Source of the DNA: Vibrio rumoiensis
GTDB lineage: Bacteria > Pseudomonadota > Gammaproteobacteria > Enterobacterales > Vibrionaceae
NCBI RefSeq assembly: GCF_002218045.2
Contig: NZ_AP018688.1
Coordinates: forward strand, 17,172 to 41,171
DNA length: 24,000 nucleotides
Direction: 5' to 3'
This document shows, piece by piece, positions 1 to 8,587 of this stretch. Numbering within the stretch: the stretch's first letter is position 1; each line of letters opens with the position of its first letter. Made by a program: the position numbers and the translations under genes. The notes beneath the pieces were generated by a model. It was not told the DNA's origin and made no database searches. It worked only from the letters and a program-made list of their open reading frames with translations.

Positions 1-342
1 ATTGGAATGACTAATCAATTAAATATAATTGACTCAGCAATAATAAGAAAAGGTCGCTTTGATTTTTGTATAGAAGTAAATACTCCAACTAAAAGAGAGA
101 TTGAAGAACTATTTGATCATTTAGTATTTAGTTTACCCTGTGATCTAGAGCAAGGTAAAGGTGATATATATGATGGGCTTTATGGTCGACAGCCATCAGA
201 TGTTGATTTTGTTGTTAAGGAAGCTAAAAGAATTGCAGCTAGGCGAAGGTGTAGCTTATTAACTACTGATTGTTTTATTATGGCAATAGATAAGCTACCT
301 GAATTAAACGGCAAGAACAATAATAAAATAGGCTTTATTTAA
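1..342 (+). CDS. Classical AAA+ ATPase, C-terminal part (the gene begins upstream of the window)
   Basis: The reading frame is open from nt 1 (IGMTNQLNIIDSAIIRKGRFDFCIEVNTPTKREIEELF). The TN-x5-D-x-A-x2-R-x-GRFD plus 'P..ee' pattern is the second-region-of-homology/arginine-finger segment of FtsH/Cdc48-type AAA proteins, and a helical lid follows. Stop codon at 340-342. Confidence 0.7.
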   Translation: MGMTNQLNIIDSAIIRKGRFDFCIEVNTPTKREIEELFDHLVFSLPCDLEQGKGDIYDGLYGRQPSDVDFVVKEAKRIAARRRCSLLTTDCFIMAIDKLPELNGKNNNKIGFI

Positions 343-343
343 T

Positions 344-1963
344 ATGAATATAACAGAAAACCCTTTTAATTTACTAAATGCATCAGTAAGGGATGATAAA
401 TCAACTTTAATAGATTTGGCAGAAGATTACTCACTTGTAAATGATGATGATTTGGGGGGGAAGTATGTTAATGACCTTACATCCCCAAGAAGACGATTAT
501 CGATAGAGATATCTTGGTTACTTGGTATCTCAGAAAATGTTATTAAAAACTTAATAAATAATATTGACGATGTTGAGTTTATTATAAGCTCAAATGGATT
601 TAATGCATTATCCAGGGCAAATCTATTAGCTTCCTCTATAGAAAGATTATCAAAAATCGATAAAGAATTATCTATAAAGCTAATAACTGAATTAAGCAAA
701 ATGTCAGAGTCTATTTTCTCTGATGAAATTAAAGTGTTAATAAATCAAGAGAGAAAATATTCAAGCCTTCTAATGGTAGAGTCATTAGAAGATATAGAGT
801 CGGAATTAGAAAATAGGAAAAAATATTATAAGAAAGCTTCAATAAACTTACTTGACTGTTTTTCTTCAAGCGAAATAGTTGAAATTATTACCAAAATTAT
901 TGTAACGGAAACAAATAATGGTTCTAAATACTGTGGTGAATTAATACAAGAAGTAATTGGATATTATGAATTAAAAGCACAACAATTTTTAAAGGAAGAA
1001 GAAGGGAATATAGATATTCTATTGTCGACCATAGACGATAATTTAAAAGATGGGCTATCCGAAAGTGTTATGTCTATCTATATTGAAGAGTTGATCAATG
1101 TACTAAAAAACTGGGATCTAATTGCTCAGCCCATACAAATCCTATATATGAGTAAAGGGCTAAAACATGAAATGAGCAATAATCTTGCTTATAAAATCCG
1201 AAATTTGAGCTTAAAACTGTTTAATGAATATGATTATGTAAAATTAACACAAAGATTAGGTTATACCTTACAACAGGTTTTTGAAGAAGATTTTGAGTTT
1301 AAAGAAAAAGCTGACCAAGACTTATCAGATATTAATGATATATTGCATGATAGGGAATTATCCGAAGAGGACCGTGAAAAATTTTCGAAGGCAATAACAT
1401 ATGAAGTTGAAATTGGTATGGCTTTTAAAAATAGATTTACAATCACCCCTGACATAATTGAATGGAAAAATACCATCACAAAGATCACGGACATTCAGTA
1501 CATAAGGTGGGGAGCACTTTCAAGCAATAGTGGTACAGAGTATTTTATAGCATTTGGACACAAAGATCTCACACAAGAAATTAAATTACGAAAAAAAACC
1601 ATATTTTCAGAAATTATTGATCGATTAATGAAAACAGCAGGAATTCATATACTAGCGAAATATATGGAAGCATTTAAAAATGATGAAAACATTTCTATAG
1701 GTGGCGTAATTGTTAATGATTACGGAGTTCAACTTCGTAAATCAAAGATGTTTTCTAAAGATGAGAGTGAATTTGTAGCATGGCATAATGTAGAGGTATT
1801 CAGTAGAAATGGTAATTTCGTTATAAATAAGATTGGCAATAGAAAAATGAATTGTGCTCTACCATATTTAAATGTAAATAATGTCCATATTCTTGAGGCT
1901 ATTATTAGAATGAAATTCAAAAAGCCTGGTGTAAGATTAAGTGATGCATTAATTTCAAATTGA
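344..1963 (+). CDS. Hypothetical 539-aa protein with no family I can name. The N-terminus is J-domain-like but lacks HPD. The C-terminal ~200 aa are beta-rich.
   Basis: Long uninterrupted ORF in AT-rich DNA, where random ORFs are short. Its ATG lies 1 nt after the ATPase stop. The N-terminal NPFNLLNASVRDDKSTLIDLAED ... LTSPRRRLSIEISWL resembles J-domain helices I-III, but no HPD tripeptide is present. Confidence 0.7.
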   Translation: MNITENPFNLLNASVRDDKSTLIDLAEDYSLVNDDDLGGKYVNDLTSPRRRLSIEISWLLGISENVIKNLINNIDDVEFIISSNGFNALSRANLLASSIERLSKIDKELSIKLITELSKMSESIFSDEIKVLINQERKYSSLLMVESLEDIESELENRKKYYKKASINLLDCFSSSEIVEIITKIIVTETNNGSKYCGELIQEVIGYYELKAQQFLKEEEGNIDILLSTIDDNLKDGLSESVMSIYIEELINVLKNWDLIAQPIQILYMSKGLKHEMSNNLAYKIRNLSLKLFNEYDYVKLTQRLGYTLQQVFEEDFEFKEKADQDLSDINDILHDRELSEEDREKFSKAITYEVEIGMAFKNRFTITPDIIEWKNTITKITDIQYIRWGALSSNSGTEYFIAFGHKDLTQEIKLRKKTIFSEIIDRLMKTAGIHILAKYMEAFKNDENISIGGVIVNDYGVQLRKSKMFSKDESEFVAWHNVEVFSRNGNFVINKIGNRKMNCALPYLNVNNVHILEAIIRMKFKKPGVRLSDALISN

Positions 1964-1964
1964 G

Positions 1965-2825
1965 ATGGTAAATATGAATAATAACAAACCTATGGGATTT
2001 AATGGGATATCTAGTCTAGTATCTAAACTAGATCTAACTAGCATTGATCTCAAAAAAGAAAGTTTAAATGGAACTTCATCTTCCAATGATACTTCATATA
2101 CAAACTCTACAACATCAAATGTAAAAAAGGGAACGACAGAAAATAAATCAAAAGAAAACAATGGTATAAACCCATGGTTTTGGTTTTTTGTTTTATTATT
2201 AATACTCGGTGCAATGTTTCTCGCTGAGGAATATGATAATACAAACGACTATTCTAAGAATGAAAATAGAGTCCCAGAAACTAAAATTACACCAACAACA
2301 AAAAAAGAAAATAATACCAACAGTAAACTTATGGTTTTCTCAATGCCTAGCCCTGGCACAAATAACGTTCTTGTTGTTTCAGAGTTAAGATGGTGTTTAC
2401 GAGAACAAATAATATTAAATACTTATGATTCTGAAGTGAATTTTAATCAGGCTAGTGAAGTTATCATTGAAAAGTATAATCAATTGGTTAATCGTTATAA
2501 TACTCGATGTGGAAGCTATAGGTATTATGAAGGACAATTAACTAAGGCAAAAATTGAAATATTAGCAATAAAAGATGATATACAACAGAGTACATTGAAC
2601 AAAATAAACCCCCTAAATATGAACAATTATAATGTTGATTTAACTAAATATGATGTTCTTGACGTGCAAAGTGCATTAAAAATGCGTGGTTATGATGTTG
2701 GTACTGTAGATGGAATAATGGGTAATAGGACAAGAAATGCAATTAAACAATTTCAACGCGATTATTACCTAAAAGTCGATGGAGAAATATCGCCTAAGCT
2801 ATTAGAGTATCTACAGATACGTTAA
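1965..2825 (+). CDS. Single-pass membrane protein with a C-terminal peptidoglycan-binding (PG_binding_1-like) domain
   Basis: The ATG lies 1 nt after the upstream stop. The N-terminus is Ser/Thr/Asn-rich, followed by a hydrophobic helix (WFWFFVLLLILGAMFL). The C-terminus, VQSALKMRGYDVGTVDGIMGNRTRNAIKQFQRDYYLKVDGEISPKLLEYL, matches the PG_binding_1 repeat pattern. Confidence 0.7.
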   Translation: MVNMNNNKPMGFNGISSLVSKLDLTSIDLKKESLNGTSSSNDTSYTNSTTSNVKKGTTENKSKENNGINPWFWFFVLLLILGAMFLAEEYDNTNDYSKNENRVPETKITPTTKKENNTNSKLMVFSMPSPGTNNVLVVSELRWCLREQIILNTYDSEVNFNQASEVIIEKYNQLVNRYNTRCGSYRYYEGQLTKAKIEILAIKDDIQQSTLNKINPLNMNNYNVDLTKYDVLDVQSALKMRGYDVGTVDGIMGNRTRNAIKQFQRDYYLKVDGEISPKLLEYLQIR

Positions 2826-2865
2826 TACGTATGGTAAAAAAGGGGAGATGCCTCAATAATGATGT

Positions 2866-3675
2866 TTATAAAATATAAGTTATGGTAACATTCAATTTGG
2901 GGTTTTTTGAGAAATAATATTGGTATTTACTTTTTGCCATGAATTTTTTAAGTTTTTCTTTTGAAATAAAGAAGTGCGGCTGACCATATGCATAAGGTGC
3001 AATACTGTAAGAAGGGTAATGTATGCTTAATCCTTTAGGTGTAATATTAAACCTGCCAACCTGCATAAATAAATTTATTCCTTCACTTTTATTATCCAAG
3101 TCATTTTCATTAAAAAATGAAAAGACCAAATTATGTATGTAATTATTTACTTCATAATTATTGTCGAACATGTCCTCCCAAGTTATAATTTCATTATTGT
3201 TAAAATCATAATTAATGTAATTGGTATAGGTTACACCGTGAGCTCCACCTGTCGATTCATATTGGCTTATTGAAAATGAAATGTAATTTTTAGTTGCCGC
3301 CTCAATACTTTCATCATAGTCCTGTATAAATCCTTCATATAGTTGAAATTCATTTATAAATTTCTTACCTGACGGGTAATTTTTGAAAAAATCTCCTTTG
3401 ATAGAATTTATATCTTTACCAAGAAAAGCGTTTATATCATCTCTTTTTAAGTAAGCCCCTGAAAACCTAGAATTATTTCCATAATAGTCCATGTCGTAAT
3501 ACTTCAGTTTGATTTTATGTATGGTATGAGGCTCATTTATCTCACTTTTCGAAACTATCACAGTTTTATCAAGTGCAAAATCAGTTTCGACATTTGACAC
3601 TTTCTCATCAGATAATGCACTTCCACTCAGTAGCACTAAAAATGTAAAACCAATACTTTTCAGCAGATGCTCCAT
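2866..3675 (-). CDS. Secreted DUF3298/DUF4163 (RsiV-like) domain protein
   Basis: I place the start at the internal ATG at 3675 because GAGAGG lies upstream and a signal peptide follows (MEHLLKSIGFTFLVLLSGSALS). The motifs STGGAHGVTYTNYINYD and GLSIHYPSYSIAPYAYGQP are typical of DUF3298. The 5' extension of the tracked ORF to 3855 looks non-coding. Confidence 0.65.
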   Translation of the reverse strand: MEHLLKSIGFTFLVLLSGSALSDEKVSNVETDFALDKTVIVSKSEINEPHTIHKIKLKYYDMDYYGNNSRFSGAYLKRDDINAFLGKDINSIKGDFFKNYPSGKKFINEFQLYEGFIQDYDESIEAATKNYISFSISQYESTGGAHGVTYTNYINYDFNNNEIITWEDMFDNNYEVNNYIHNLVFSFFNENDLDNKSEGINLFMQVGRFNITPKGLSIHYPSYSIAPYAYGQPHFFISKEKLKKFMAKSKYQYYFSKNPKLNVTITYIL

Positions 3676-4900
3676 ACAACCTCTCATACTCGATAACTTT
3701 ATTATGGACATAATAACTCTCATGAAAGTACTTCTAGTTTCGTAGGTTAATGAAGTAGAAGTCATGAGTAGTTTACTAAAAGAACTAACTTCAGGTGTTA
3801 GCATGAATAACAATATCACTCTTTTTATTTGGTTCGATAGCCATAAATGCTTCACTCAGTCATACCTTCAAAAGGTACTTGGGGGTAAAAGTCCGATTTC
3901 TTTTAAGTATATTGATACTTCAAAATCAATATTTATCATCCGCACACAAAAAATAAAAACTTCCTAAATAAATTCAATATTTTATATATGAACTAGCTGT
4001 GGTAAATAGTTTAACCCTACCTTAGATATCACTGTATCTTAATGTCCCTTATCTTATCTTATTTTAAAAAAGTCTTGCGAAGAATTAAATATGTTTTATA
4101 ACGTGACCTTAAAATTGTAACAAAAGATATCAACAGAGAGTGAGTTAAATTTTTTCCACAATAATATCAATATTGCGGTGAAAGGTACGTGACTCACGAT
4201 CTAGGAATCTACAACCTTCAAGAAAAAGCTCTTGTAAACAAAAAAACAACTTCAGATGAATACGTGATTTTTTGTCGTTTCTTTTCATACATTTCTAAGC
4301 TGTTTTCTGACTTATTAAGTATTAGTTGGTAGAGTTTAAAATGTTTATGGCTCATATAATGGAATGAAAAAATAAAATATCATTACCATTTAACAATGGC
4401 ATTATTATCCTTCGGGGTTGCATTTGAGCCCTTGAAACTCAATGATGAGAGTCACCATTTCTGGTATGGGTTATACTTTGAAAATCCTCCAACCCCAAGG
4501 ATACCATTTGAAGGTAATAATTACAGAGGACTAGTTGAGGCATAAAAAATGCTCTGCAGAATATAATGCAGCCATGGATGATTACAAAATGAAACTAGCC
4601 AATCACAACGAGCGTAAAAGGGCTGAAAAAGAGGAATTGGCTTCCAGTGTTCACTATCAAGAAATTTTGGAACTTGATTAACCAACAGGAGCATAACAAA
4701 ATACGTTACAGTGTTGGTAGGTGTCATCTTGTTTGTCAAATAGGCAAAGTATGACACCTTGCCTATCTTTCTTCCTCTAGTGCTATTTCATAGAATATAT
4801 TTGGATAAATACTTCAATTATAGTTGACCATTTGTACCTGAAGTTTTGGATGATTACATATATTTAATAATATATTGCGACGTTTAATTATATTAATGTT

Positions 4901-4934
4901 ATAATGTCTTAGAATTACAGTTCTCAGACATTAT
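4901..4934. promoter_or_regulatory. 34-bp lox-like imperfect palindrome (candidate recombination site and/or operator)
   Basis: ATAATGTCTTAGAA-TTACAG-TTCTCAGACATTAT has 14-nt arms with one mismatch around an asymmetric core. It can also be parsed as 13-8-13. It ends 15 nt before the recombinase ATG and overlaps a TATAAT at 4900-4905. Confidence 0.5.
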
Positions 4935-4949
4935 ATCTTAGGGAAGACT

Positions 4950-6011
4950 ATGAAAGACCTCATGACACTACCGAGCGATCTTGACTCTATTAGACCTCAG
5001 CAACTAGTCCAGTACCTAAGCTCTAATTCTTCTAAAGCTATCGATCACGAGAAAGTTCAACAGCTGATTTTACATTTCCAAAATCAATTCTACTCTAGGC
5101 AAGGTCAGTATTCTGACTCTACATTAAGGCGCTTAAAGTCAGCCTGGGCTATGTTTGTTACATGGTGCAATGAAAATGGACGTCAATCTCTGCCATCTTC
5201 ACCAGATACTGTAGAAGATTACTTAAAATCCACAAATAAATCGTTACGTGGTAACACTTTAAAAGTTAATCTTTGGGCGATATCTAAGACTCATAAAATT
5301 TCTGGTTGTCCTGACCCAACAAAAGACATTTATGTTGAAGGGCAATTAAAACAAATAATCAGAAATAAAAAGTACTCGGGTGAAAGTCCAAATCAAGCGA
5401 CTGCATTTAACGAGTTTCATTTAAACCAAGTTATTGACCTGTGGGGTACGAGTTCATCACCTATGCAAAAACGAGATTTAATGGTTCTCGGTCTTGCATA
5501 TGAGTCGCTTCTACGTGAATCTGAAATCGTGCGTATCAAATTTAAACATATAAACTGGAGTCAAGATGGTTCGGCTTTAATAACTATTCCATATACAAAA
5601 ACAAACCAACTAGGTTCGGATGAAGTGGTCTATGTATCAAAGCAGGTGACTGGCTTTATACGTAAATATTTAGCAATTAATGATTTAGAAAAACAAGATG
5701 ATTCTTTTTTAATTCAAGGATTTACAAAGAGTGGTAATATAAAACAACAACTTTCCCCTAAAGCTGTCACCCCCAAAACCATTGAACGTATTTTTGCAAA
5801 AACGGCTGCAATTTTAGGCTTAGAAGATATGGGACTTCGTAAATTCACCGGCCATAGTGCAAGAGTTGGTGCAGCTCAAGATTTATTACGAGATGGGTAT
5901 ACAACTCTTCAAGTACAACAATCTGGTAGATGGTCGACGGAACGTATGGTTTTACATTATGGGAAAGGAATCCTTGCAGCAGATAGTGCCATGGCTAGAA
6001 AACGTAGATAG
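4950..6011 (+). CDS. Cre-like tyrosine site-specific recombinase
   Basis: LLRESEIVRIKFKHI ... TKT ... GHSARVGAAQDLLRDGYTTLQVQQSGRWSTERMVLHY parallels Cre (LLRIAEIARIRVKDI ... GHSARVGAARDMARAG ... GGW ... NY). The R, H-x-x-R and Y catalytic positions are recognisable. An AGGGAAG RBS precedes the ATG. Confidence 0.85.
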   Translation: MKDLMTLPSDLDSIRPQQLVQYLSSNSSKAIDHEKVQQLILHFQNQFYSRQGQYSDSTLRRLKSAWAMFVTWCNENGRQSLPSSPDTVEDYLKSTNKSLRGNTLKVNLWAISKTHKISGCPDPTKDIYVEGQLKQIIRNKKYSGESPNQATAFNEFHLNQVIDLWGTSSSPMQKRDLMVLGLAYESLLRESEIVRIKFKHINWSQDGSALITIPYTKTNQLGSDEVVYVSKQVTGFIRKYLAINDLEKQDDSFLIQGFTKSGNIKQQLSPKAVTPKTIERIFAKTAAILGLEDMGLRKFTGHSARVGAAQDLLRDGYTTLQVQQSGRWSTERMVLHYGKGILAADSAMARKRR

Positions 6012-6312
6012 TTTGTCAATATTCAGCTTGAATAATAAGTTTAGTGATTACTGATACCGAGGAAAACTGTTGCACACGATATCAGAAAAATAGATATATT
6101 ACTGTCATATTTCAACGTAAGAAACTATATAAGCGCAGCGGTGATGGTACAGCAATGGTAATCCATTATTCCTTAATAAGAGCTGGATTGAAAGCAATTT
6201 TTAACTCCGTTAGATGCTTTAACTCGTTCTTAGAATATGTATTAGTAAGGTTACTTATGTACGGTTTAACATATTCAGAGAATCGAAAGGTATACCCATC
6301 TCACACCTCTAT

Positions 6313-6367
6313 CTTGTCATTATGATTTTTCACAAAACATGACAAGCCCTTTTAAAAGATTTATAAT
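6313..6367 (+). promoter_or_regulatory. Putative sigma70 promoter with overlapping inverted-repeat operator for the TA operon
   Basis: ATGACA (6339-6344), 17 nt, TATAAT (6362-6367). The 8-bp inverted repeat CTTGTCAT (6313-6320) / ATGACAAG (6339-6346) overlaps the -35. An AGAGAGG RBS precedes the ATG at 6404. Confidence 0.45.
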
Positions 6368-6403
6368 CACCTTATTAAATGCACTTTAAGAGAGGTTTAC
6401 ATT

Positions 6404-6661
6404 ATGAACTTAACAAACAACATTTTGACGGATGTGAGTGCTGGACTTACTCAGCTCAAAAATAATCCAATGGGCGTATTAGAAGAAGGCCATGGTGCGC
6501 CTGTTGCTATTTTAAATCGCAACAAACCTGCATTTTACGCTGTCCCAGCCGCTTTATATGAAAAAATGGTTGATGAGCTTGAAAATATTGAGCTAATGAA
6601 AATGGCTCAAGAAGCTTATGAAACGGGTGAGTTTGTTGAGGTAGACCTTGACAGTTTATAA
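6404..6661 (+). CDS. Phd/YefM-family type II antitoxin
   Basis: 85 aa. The N-terminal LTQLKNNPMGVLEEGHGAPVAILNRNKPAFYAVPAALYEKM fits the Phd/YefM fold pattern, and the C-terminal tail is acidic. It overlaps the downstream toxin gene. Confidence 0.8.
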   Translation: MNLTNNILTDVSAGLTQLKNNPMGVLEEGHGAPVAILNRNKPAFYAVPAALYEKMVDELENIELMKMAQEAYETGEFVEVDLDSL

Positions 6662-6944
6662 GTTGAAATTTGAACGAAAAGCCCAAAAACTTTTCTCTAA
6701 ATTAGGAGAGCCGGTTAAATCTCAGTTCAAAGAAAAACTCAAAAAGATTCAAGTTAATCCGCACATAGAGGCAAACAAATTACATGGTGGATTATCGGGA
6801 TGTTACAAAATCAAACTCAAGCAATCTGGTTATCGACTGGTTTATAAAGTTGTTGATGATGAATTAATCGTGCTTATCTTAGCCGTCGGAAAACGAGAAA
6901 AAAAAGAAGCCTATTTAATGGCTCAAAGACTGTTAAATAAATAA
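6648..6944 (+). CDS. RelE/ParE-family type II toxin
   Basis: 98 aa with a TTG start overlapping the antitoxin end by 14 nt. YKLKFERKAQKLFSKL ... GYRLVYKVVDDELIVLILAVGKRE is the characteristic RelE/StbE pattern. Confidence 0.8.
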   Translation: MTVYKLKFERKAQKLFSKLGEPVKSQFKEKLKKIQVNPHIEANKLHGGLSGCYKIKLKQSGYRLVYKVVDDELIVLILAVGKREKKEAYLMAQRLLNK

Positions 6945-6961
6945 GAAGAACAAAAACTAAA

Positions 6962-7312
6962 ATGAATAATTCACCTTACCGCTGCCCTATATATGGAAAC
7001 CCGACAAGTTGTAATTGTGCAAGCTGCGCTATAGAGAGAAGACTAAGGGCTTCCCGTGAAGCCGTCAAAGCGGCTGAAATTGCCAATCTATCGAGACCGC
7101 CTGCACCACGCCCTAAAAACTTGGATGATTTTTTCGTATCACCTAAAGAATCCCCTCGTGAAAAAATAGAAAGACAACGTCGTGAACGTTTTGCGGAAAG
7201 TGATAAAACTTGGGCTTATGTGCAAGCAAATGAAGGTCGTTATGCCGTTATCTTCATTCCACGAATACGGTCTTTGGTACTCTGGTATGTGAAAACAAGT
7301 TCCACTTTCTGA
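6962..7312 (+). CDS. Hypothetical protein (Cys-rich N-terminus, basic/Pro-rich middle)
   Basis: The support is ORF length in AT-rich DNA and the same strand as the TA pair. No family is recognised. The stop lies 6 nt before the inferred 3' end of the intron. Confidence 0.4.
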   Translation: MNNSPYRCPIYGNPTSCNCASCAIERRLRASREAVKAAEIANLSRPPAPRPKNLDDFFVSPKESPREKIERQRRERFAESDKTWAYVQANEGRYAVIFIPRIRSLVLWYVKTSSTF

Positions 7313-7368
7313 TATAAGTAGAGTAGGTCACTGGCTTCGGCACAACCCTTATCCAGCAACCCCTCTTC

Positions 7369-7402
7369 AATTCCGTGCATGAGGTTTTCCCTCACACGGC
7401 TT
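7369..7402 (-). ncRNA. Group II intron domain V-like hairpin
   Basis: The minus strand reads AAGCCGTGTGAGG-GAAA-ACCTCATGCACGGAATT. It has an AGC triad position, a lower helix CCGTG/CACGG, a 2-nt 3'-strand bulge, an upper helix TGAGG/CCTCA and a GAAA-type loop. It lies 12 nt after the RT stop. Base pairing under the triad is imperfect. Confidence 0.55.
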
Positions 7403-7414
7403 TCACATAAATGT

Positions 7415-8584
7415 TCACCTGCTCACCTTCGCAGTTTTCATCTTCGTCGGTTGTAGATACACAAGACCTGCCTTGTGTAACTTATCCCATGCATCTTGCG
7501 CAAGATACAGGCTCCGACGTTGACTTCGGCTTCTTGACCATCGATAAAAGCGTGCCACCAAAAACCAATCCATCTTGAAGAAGACCTGTCGAGGATAACC
7601 TACTTTGCCAAAGTAATTCTTCCAGCCTATTACTACTCTATTAACCCGCTCAACGAGCTGATCTAGGGTCAGAGACGTTCTATGCTTCACTATGCTTCGC
7701 AACTTATCCTTATACTTCTTTTGGCTCTTCTTCGATGGATAGATCTTTACGTAGTTGGTGTGCTGGATGAAACCCACTATGTACTTGAAAGTGAACCCTA
7801 AGAAGTCAAATTCATTTCCTACTTGGGTCATATCTACGATGTGAGTTTTATCTTCATTGAGCTTTAGTCCTTCCTGCTCCAGCTCATTCTTTATCCAGTC
7901 CTGTTGGGCTGAATTGAATGGCGTTTTCGACAGGATAACAAAGTCATCTGCATAAGAAATTATCTTGCATGGTGTCTTTGTCGCAATCTTCCGACAAAAG
8001 TCATTTAGGTAAATGTTTGCCAATAGTGGCGAAATCACCCCGCCTTGAGGCGTGCCGATAGGGTTTCCCACTATTCGGCTCTTTCCTTTTGCTGTTGGCT
8101 CACTTATCGGCGCTTTGAGGAATAGCTTAATCAGTCTTAGTACTGCCCTATCCGTCACTTTAGACCTTACCTTATCCAGTAATCGTGAATGTGGTATAGT
8201 GTCGAAAAACTTTGATAGGTCAGCATCATAGACTTGCTGATACCCTTGTTTCAGATAGCCATTAATGCATATCACTGCGTCTTGTGCACTGCGCTTAGGT
8301 CTGTAACCGTAGCTATTACAGTGGAAGTGAGGCTCGAAGACTGGACTTAGCACAAGCGTGCATGCCATTTGTACAATGCGATCTCTGATACTTGGTATGC
8401 CCAAATTTCGAGTCTTACCATTGTCTTTTGGTATTTGCACTCTCTTGACCGGCAGAGGTCTGTACCTGCCTTCTACCAGCTCCGCTCTTAATGTTTTGAT
8501 CAATTTACCAGACGTTTCAATGCTATTTAAGTCCTCAAATCTGACACCATCGACTCCCGCCGCCCCTTTGTTTGCTTTACACAA
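7415..8584 (-). CDS. Group II intron reverse transcriptase/maturase, N-terminally truncated (likely non-functional)
   Basis: RT motifs are present: NKGAAGVDG, RPLPVKRVQIPKDNGKTRNLGIPSIRDRIVQ, YGYRPKRSAQDA, DADLSKFFDTIPH, TPQGGVISPLLANIYLN, SYADDFVILS. An X/maturase segment is also present (VIGWKNYF). The tracked start is a TTG, and the codons upstream run into the foreign IR, so the usual N-terminal tens of residues are missing. Confidence 0.85.
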   Translation of the reverse strand: MCKANKGAAGVDGVRFEDLNSIETSGKLIKTLRAELVEGRYRPLPVKRVQIPKDNGKTRNLGIPSIRDRIVQMACTLVLSPVFEPHFHCNSYGYRPKRSAQDAVICINGYLKQGYQQVYDADLSKFFDTIPHSRLLDKVRSKVTDRAVLRLIKLFLKAPISEPTAKGKSRIVGNPIGTPQGGVISPLLANIYLNDFCRKIATKTPCKIISYADDFVILSKTPFNSAQQDWIKNELEQEGLKLNEDKTHIVDMTQVGNEFDFLGFTFKYIVGFIQHTNYVKIYPSKKSQKKYKDKLRSIVKHRTSLTLDQLVERVNRVVIGWKNYFGKVGYPRQVFFKMDWFLVARFYRWSRSRSQRRSLYLAQDAWDKLHKAGLVYLQPTKMKTAKVSR

Positions 8585-8587
8585 ATA

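Larger units (their letters stand above)
7318..8587 (-). mobile_element. Group II intron, 5'-truncated remnant (part of domain IV with ORF, plus domains V and VI)
   Basis: An RT/maturase ORF is followed on the minus strand by a domain V-like hairpin. A domain VI-like helix then follows (GAGGGGTTGCTGG ... CCAGTGACCTACTC) with a bulged A 7 nt from a terminal ...CTAC. The upstream side ends abruptly at the GGGG of a Tn3-family IR (8588). Confidence 0.7.

Noticed and set aside
2866-3967. The full 329-aa version of the minus-strand ORF (to 3855) and the 67-aa plus-strand ORF at 3764-3967
   Set aside because: The first 60 codons of the long version lack an RBS and precede a clear RBS plus signal peptide at 3675. 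The 67-aa ORF has no support beyond being open.
6264-6291. Possible Xer/dif-like (pdif) site GTTTAACATAT-TCAGAG-AATCGAAAGGT upstream of the TA module
   Set aside because: Only one arm resembles the XerD-side consensus (ATTTAACATAA). The other arm matches the XerC-side consensus poorly, and no partner site flanks the module.
4521-6325. Tracked ORFs 4521-4757 (-), 5857-6054 (+) and 6044-6325 (+)
   Set aside because: They have no RBS or domain signal. 5857-6054 overlaps the recombinase gene out of frame. The others sit in intergenic AT-rich DNA with odd composition.
7415-8584. Whether the reverse transcriptase might belong to a retron, a diversity-generating retroelement or an Abi-type defence RT
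   Set aside because: The protein has a group II intron-type X/maturase segment and is followed by domain V/VI-like RNA structure. I saw no msr/msd-like repeats or template/variable repeat pair, and the gene is truncated.
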